This document shows positions 58,567 through 62,223 of a DNA stretch of 62,223 nucleotides, piece after piece; the first letter of the stretch is position 1, and each line of letters starts with the position of its first letter. The position numbers and the translations under genes were made by a program. Origin of the DNA: Alphaproteobacteria bacterium MarineAlpha9_Bin6 (GTDB lineage Bacteria; Pseudomonadota; Alphaproteobacteria; UBA7887); the NCBI GenBank assembly GCA_002937585.1, contig PTKE01000004.1, positions 1 to 62,223 of the forward strand, in the 5' to 3' direction. Under the pieces are notes generated by a model. It had not been told where the DNA came from and did not search any database. It was given only the letters and a program-made list of their open reading frames with translations.

Positions 58567-58965
58567 AATTCAGGTCTATTTAGAATGAGATTTGGACATT
58601 AAAAGTGATTTTCTGTGACGGCCGACCAATGAAAGTGGAGTGATTTATCCTCGACGTGATAAGTCGTCTTCGAACGATCAGGATGCTCAGGCGTTTAAAA
58701 CACTCAAATGTAAGGCATGACGTGGGTGCTTGGTCTCGCTGGGGCGCCAGCGGTGTGTGTGTCTGCTGTCAGGTGATAGGGCTTCTCGACCCTATACTTC
58801 TGCCGTAACAGGCACCACCGTTGATGCGCACCGTCGAACTGGGATGAATTCGTGTTGCGGATATGGTGAGATGCACTCTGGTGCTGGCTATAATCGCCTC
58901 TGTGATACTGGTGCCGCCGGATTGTTTGTGGTTGTGTTGGCTGGGACTAGTGCATTGAGGTCGCT

Positions 58966-59403
58966 ATGGCGCTTCATATCTTAAAAATGGCTGTCGGCGT
59001 AGAAAACGTCGAGCATTTGTGTCGGGTCCAAGAACGACGCCTGACTACCATGCGTGATGCCGGAGATCCTGAAGTTTTGCGGCACTGGACCCGTAATACG
59101 CCGAAGCGCGCCGACGAAGTAATAGATGGAGGCTCGTTGTACTGGATTATCAAGGGTTATGTTCGTGCGCGCCAACGCATCCTTTCTATTGAGCGAAGCA
59201 AGGATAGTGAGGCAACTAAGAAATGTGCTTTTGTGCTGGACCGTTTGGTAGTTCGTACAGTGTTGCGGATTGCACGTCCGATTCAGGGTTGGCGATATCT
59301 AGAACCTGCTGGGGCACCGCTTGACCAAGATCAGAAAATAATAGAGATGGTTGATATGCCTGAGGAGATGGCGCGAGAATTGCGCGACTTGGGACTAATA
59401 TGA
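58966..59403 (+). CDS. DUF1489-like conserved protein
   Basis: The ORF is 145 aa. MALHILKMAVGVENVEHL...GGSLYWIIKG resembles my recollection of the DUF1489 N-terminus. GAGG lies upstream. The family assignment is unverified. Confidence 0.5.
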   Translation: MALHILKMAVGVENVEHLCRVQERRLTTMRDAGDPEVLRHWTRNTPKRADEVIDGGSLYWIIKGYVRARQRILSIERSKDSEATKKCAFVLDRLVVRTVLRIARPIQGWRYLEPAGAPLDQDQKIIEMVDMPEEMARELRDLGLI

Positions 59404-59566
59404 GGAAGTATTTTTGTTGGGTTTGTGTAACTTAAGGAAGAAACGACGTTACAGATTGGTTGTAGGTGCACAGAAAAGCCAATTACTAGGATTTGGATTG
59501 CCACGAGGAGCATTTTTCCTGTAGCAATGGTCTGTGGGTATGTTGGATGCAATTAGGGAGTAAATT

Positions 59567-60076
59567 ATGGTGAATGTGAGATCATGGCTGGTGCTGGGCA
59601 CTTTTCTTTTTGGGCTTGTACTGGGTGGCTCGGCACAAGCAATAGAGTCAAAGCCTGTTTTGACTCTGGATATGGCAAAAAAAATTGCAGACGCTTGTGA
59701 GTCTTTGCAGCAGGAAAAAGGTTTCCGACCTGTAAACATCGCAATCCACGACGATGGTGGAAACGTGAAGTTATTCCGACGCCAGGAAAACGCGTTTTTG
59801 GGCAGTATTCTAGTTGCGACGATGAAAGCGACGACTTCATCTAGTTTTCCGTTTACGTCTCGGCTCTTCGGAGAGTTGGCCTACGGAAAGGACGGTGCAC
59901 CCGGACCAGTACCTGGGATAGCAGAGTTGTCGGGTCACGCAGCCTTTCCAGGTGGCATTCCAATAATCACGAAAAGCGGGGCGCATATTGGTAGTGTTGG
60001 TGTCAGCGGTGCGAGTGGAGATGAAGACGAACAGTGCGCTCAGGCAGGTCTCGACGCAATCGCGGATATGCTTTAG
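59567..60076 (+). CDS. Secreted GlcG/HbpS-like (DUF336) haem-binding-fold protein
   Basis: The ORF is 169 aa with signal peptide MVNVRSWLVLGTFLFGLVLGGSAQA. The C-terminal GGIPIITKSGAHIGSVGVSGASGDEDEQCAQAG is the DUF336 signature. AGGGAG lies upstream. Confidence 0.75.
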   Translation: MVNVRSWLVLGTFLFGLVLGGSAQAIESKPVLTLDMAKKIADACESLQQEKGFRPVNIAIHDDGGNVKLFRRQENAFLGSILVATMKATTSSSFPFTSRLFGELAYGKDGAPGPVPGIAELSGHAAFPGGIPIITKSGAHIGSVGVSGASGDEDEQCAQAGLDAIADML

Positions 60077-60111
60077 AGCCTGGTTGCAATACAATAATAT
60101 AGAAGTGTGTG

Positions 60112-60141
60112 GTCCCCGGCGTTGTAGCCGGGGACTTTCTT
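60112..60141 (+). terminator. Rho-independent terminator after the GlcG-like gene
   Basis: GTCCCCGGC-GTTGTA-GCCGGGGAC forms a perfect 9-bp GC-rich stem followed by TTTCTT. It lies 36 nt after the stop at 60076. Confidence 0.7.
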
Positions 60142-60226
60142 GTGATTAGGGCAACGCAGTTCCATGGGAGGAGCCGCAATATGTATGGAAGTGTTTCGTA
60201 TTGAGTGACCGAAAAACAAGAAACAG

Positions 60227-60814
60227 CTAACTTTTCGTTAATTCCGCATGGTCCGCCACGAGGTATGAAAGAGCATACCATGGCCCAGAATCCCAGTAGC
60301 GTCGTGCCACTGCAGAGGTTGAAGGCAGCACAAAAATATTACTATCGCCTGTCAGCTCGGGCTGGAGACCGTAGATGATCGGATGTTTCAAGAAAGCTCG
60401 AGCTGGAGTTTTGCCATTGAAGGCCAAAATTGATGGACGAAATTTTATAACCTTTTTTGTTAATAGATCGGGATCGTAGGCATCTCCTGGTAAAGAACTA
60501 TCAGCGCCAGAAACACTTTTAGCTAAATCAGTCAGGCCCAGTCCGTAATCCGGTAAACACATAAATTCACTTGGTCGCAGGGTTCTGGGTGTCAATTTAA
60601 TCTCATGGAGGATCGGCCAAAAACGGTTTCCAGGTCCTGCATAATAAGCTCCAAGCAAAGCAGATTTGGTACTTGCGGCACTGCCACAAAACAATACGGT
60701 CAGGTCCGGCACAATAACATCGGGTAGAATTTGGGTTGTGTCCGTCCGATTACTGTGCTGGGTTGATGTTTTCAAGGATCGGATCGAGTGTTTTGGTTGG
60801 TCCCGCGATATCAC
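60227..60814 (-). CDS. Uracil-DNA glycosylase superfamily protein, TDG/MUG-like but with a divergent motif 1
   Basis: The ORF is 195 aa. Its GTG start overlaps the SDR stop (GTGA). LFCGSAAS...YYAGPGNRFWPIL and VLPSTSAVARRYW resemble TDG/MUG blocks (GINPG...NRFW; MPSSSAR), but GINPG is replaced. Confidence 0.6.
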   Translation of the reverse strand: MISRDQPKHSIRSLKTSTQHSNRTDTTQILPDVIVPDLTVLFCGSAASTKSALLGAYYAGPGNRFWPILHEIKLTPRTLRPSEFMCLPDYGLGLTDLAKSVSGADSSLPGDAYDPDLLTKKVIKFRPSILAFNGKTPARAFLKHPIIYGLQPELTGDSNIFVLPSTSAVARRYWDSGPWYALSYLVADHAELTKS

Positions 60815-61575
60815 AAGAGTGTCGTTCCTCCATCAACCATTAGAGTTTGCCCTGTGACAAATCGGCTGGCATCGCTGGCTAGATAAACAACCTGTCCGGC
60901 GACGTCAGCAGGCTCTAAGGTTCTTCGGAGTGACTGGTTTGAGCGAATTACCTCGGTTGCATGCTCAAATTTATCGCCGAAAAAATCGCGTGTCCCCTCG
61001 GTTGCGACAGCGCTTGGAGCAATAGCGTTGACACGAATCCAATGCCGGCCCAGTTCCCGCGCAAGACCGCGCGTAATCCCGATGACGGCTGCCTTTGAGG
61101 CAGTGTAGTGAAGGCAAAATGGCAGGCCATAGGTCGCGGCAAGCGAGGCCATATTGATAATGCTGCCCCCATCGCACTCACGCATAGTAGGCACTACGGC
61201 GCGACAAGCATTCCATACGCCTTTTACGTTGACCGCCATGCAGTCGTCCCACTCTTCTTCCGTTAGGTTATCAAAAGGAGCGCTGGTAAGGTTTGCGTAG
61301 AGGGCGGCATTATTGACGAGTATGTCGATCCGTCCATAGTCTCGTGTCACTTTGTCTGCCATATCCTTCAGGCTTTTGTGATCAGTCACGTCCGCTTGAT
61401 AGGAGGTGCCGCGGTCACCGTTTTTTTTGATCTCCGCTACTGTCTCCGCACAATTGTTTCGATCGGCAGCCACCACGACCGCTCCTGCACGTGCCAACTT
61501 GCATGAAAACATTTGGCCAAGACCGCGTGCGGCGCCTGTGACAATTGCAACTTTACCTTCAAGCATATTGGTCAT
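60811..61575 (-). CDS. Short-chain dehydrogenase/reductase
   Basis: The ORF is 254 aa with TGAARGLG, NNAA and YTASK. Confidence 0.85.
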   Translation of the reverse strand: MTNMLEGKVAIVTGAARGLGQMFSCKLARAGAVVVAADRNNCAETVAEIKKNGDRGTSYQADVTDHKSLKDMADKVTRDYGRIDILVNNAALYANLTSAPFDNLTEEEWDDCMAVNVKGVWNACRAVVPTMRECDGGSIINMASLAATYGLPFCLHYTASKAAVIGITRGLARELGRHWIRVNAIAPSAVATEGTRDFFGDKFEHATEVIRSNQSLRRTLEPADVAGQVVYLASDASRFVTGQTLMVDGGTTLL

Positions 61576-61718
61576 GACGTTCTCCTATTGGTCAAGAGAT
61601 TGAGATTAGGCCAAGGGAAAGGTCTTTCGCATACAATAACATGATCAATGACAGGCAATGTTTAGCGATGAACTCATTTTTTAGAATTATGATGAGGCGT
61701 TGGAAAATTAGGTGCAGG

Positions 61719-61746
61719 AAAAATTTCATTCCCATCTGAAATTTTT
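61719..61746. repeat. Perfect 10-bp AT-rich inverted repeat (AAAAATTTCA-N8-TGAAATTTTT)
   Basis: I read this directly from the sequence. It lies in the 567-bp gap between the SDR start (61575, minus) and pqqA (62143, plus). Confidence 0.4.
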
Positions 61747-62142
61747 GAATTTACGTCGCGAGAGTTTCCTAATCATTGGGTTAACCTTCCTTGACTAGCG
61801 ATTGCCCAATGTGGGCGGCTAGAGGGCGCCCGGCAAACGCTTGGGTATGTTAGTTAAATCATTCGGCAGACGAGTGATGGGGAAGGTGGCGAAGATTAAG
61901 CGAATGTCTTTTGTACCGTAGTAAATTGCAAACGTGCGCGCCTAATTACCATTGTTTTTTAACCAATTGGGCTCCATTTCTGGACTTTCTGGACGACATC
62001 TTTTAGGGGATATTGAAAAATACAATTGCATGTATAGCTAGCACTACAGCCCCTAAAATCGATATCAAGCACCGTTGTGTGTGCTCTTGCAGCGCATGCG
62101 ACGCGATCGGTCCAACCATTTTGTTTTGGAAAGGACAAAACC

Positions 62143-62217
62143 ATGTGGACAATTCCTGTCGTACGTGAGATCGCTGTTGGCCTAGAGATCAACTGCTACG
62201 CTTGCGCCGATCTCTAA
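62143..62217 (+). CDS. pqqA: Pyrroloquinoline quinone precursor peptide PqqA
   Basis: This 24-codon ORF is below the track cutoff. It reads MWTIPVVREIAVGLEINCYACADL, with AAGGA 7 nt upstream of the ATG. It contains the invariant Glu-X3-Tyr pair (E-INC-Y) that is cross-linked into PQQ. The overall pattern resembles the Gluconobacter-type PqqA (..W.TP.V.EI..G.EIN.Y.C..) as I recall it. The window ends 6 nt after the stop. Confidence 0.8.
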   Translation: MWTIPVVREIAVGLEINCYACADL

Positions 62218-62223
62218 GCTTGA

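Noticed and set aside
58730-58984. 84-aa plus-strand ORF upstream of the DUF1489-like gene
   Set aside because: It has no Shine-Dalgarno sequence and a Cys/Gly/Arg-rich composition, and it runs into the start of the next gene. I treat it as non-coding; see the intergenic finding.
61959-62192. 77-aa minus-strand ORF at the right edge
   Set aside because: It overlaps pqqA in antisense, has no ribosome-binding site and contains no recognisable motifs. The pqqA reading is far better supported.
1-62223. CRISPR arrays, tandem repeats, tRNA/rRNA genes, IS elements, integrases and toxin-antitoxin or defence genes
   Set aside because: Reading the intergenic regions and the ORF translations, I found no spaced direct repeats, no tRNA-like T-arm/acceptor patterns, no transposase, recombinase or nuclease motifs and no small paired ORFs. 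A by-eye scan cannot exclude short or degenerate elements.

Overview
This 62.2-kb window is a densely packed chromosomal segment from a proteobacterium. I cannot fix the taxon by eye. An alphaproteobacterial-style pqqA and a DUF1489-like gene sit beside a glnS, which most alphaproteobacteria lack. I call about 60 protein genes on both strands, many joined by ATGA/GTGA/TGATG stop-start overlaps. I found no rRNA, tRNA, CRISPR array, IS element or integrase, and no recognisable transcription factor.

The content is mostly acyl-CoA, branched-chain and aromatic catabolism:
- four acyl-CoA dehydrogenases, including isovaleryl-CoA dehydrogenase
- two thiolases and a FadB/FadJ-type bifunctional enzyme
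- two MaoC hotdog proteins, five SDRs and two 3-hydroxyisobutyrate-dehydrogenase-like genes
- both subunits of methylcrotonyl-CoA carboxylase
- a gentisate 1,2-dioxygenase/FAH pair
- two LivKHMGF-type ABC importers

Other content:
- a GldA/F/G-like ABC-2 system with a DUF4340-type partner and an upstream putative outer-membrane protein
- a DHA2 MFS exporter and an orphan TolA-like protein
- glnS
- a CPA1 antiporter fused to a cNMP-binding domain
- a haloalkane dehalogenase and an edge-truncated epoxide hydrolase
- a decayed Gfo/Idh/MocA pseudogene

Most worth following up:
1. A translationally coupled operon at 15250-18478 encodes a 2Fe-2S/FNR reductase, an MFE-2-like SDR, a small PaaA/BoxB-like di-iron oxygenase with all ligands, and an orphan 187-aa protein. 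It diverges from the gentisate cleavage genes and may be an undescribed aryl/acyl-CoA oxygenase route.
2. A three-gene Co-type nitrile hydratase at 26095-27317 has its beta subunit split into two overlapping ORFs and no activator gene. It lies just downstream of a haloalkane dehalogenase.
3. A 24-codon pqqA at 62143-62217 is absent from the ORF track.
4. A unimodular queF is translationally coupled to the MCCase alpha subunit.

All functional calls rest on motifs I read in the translations and on recalled family signatures. No database search was run.
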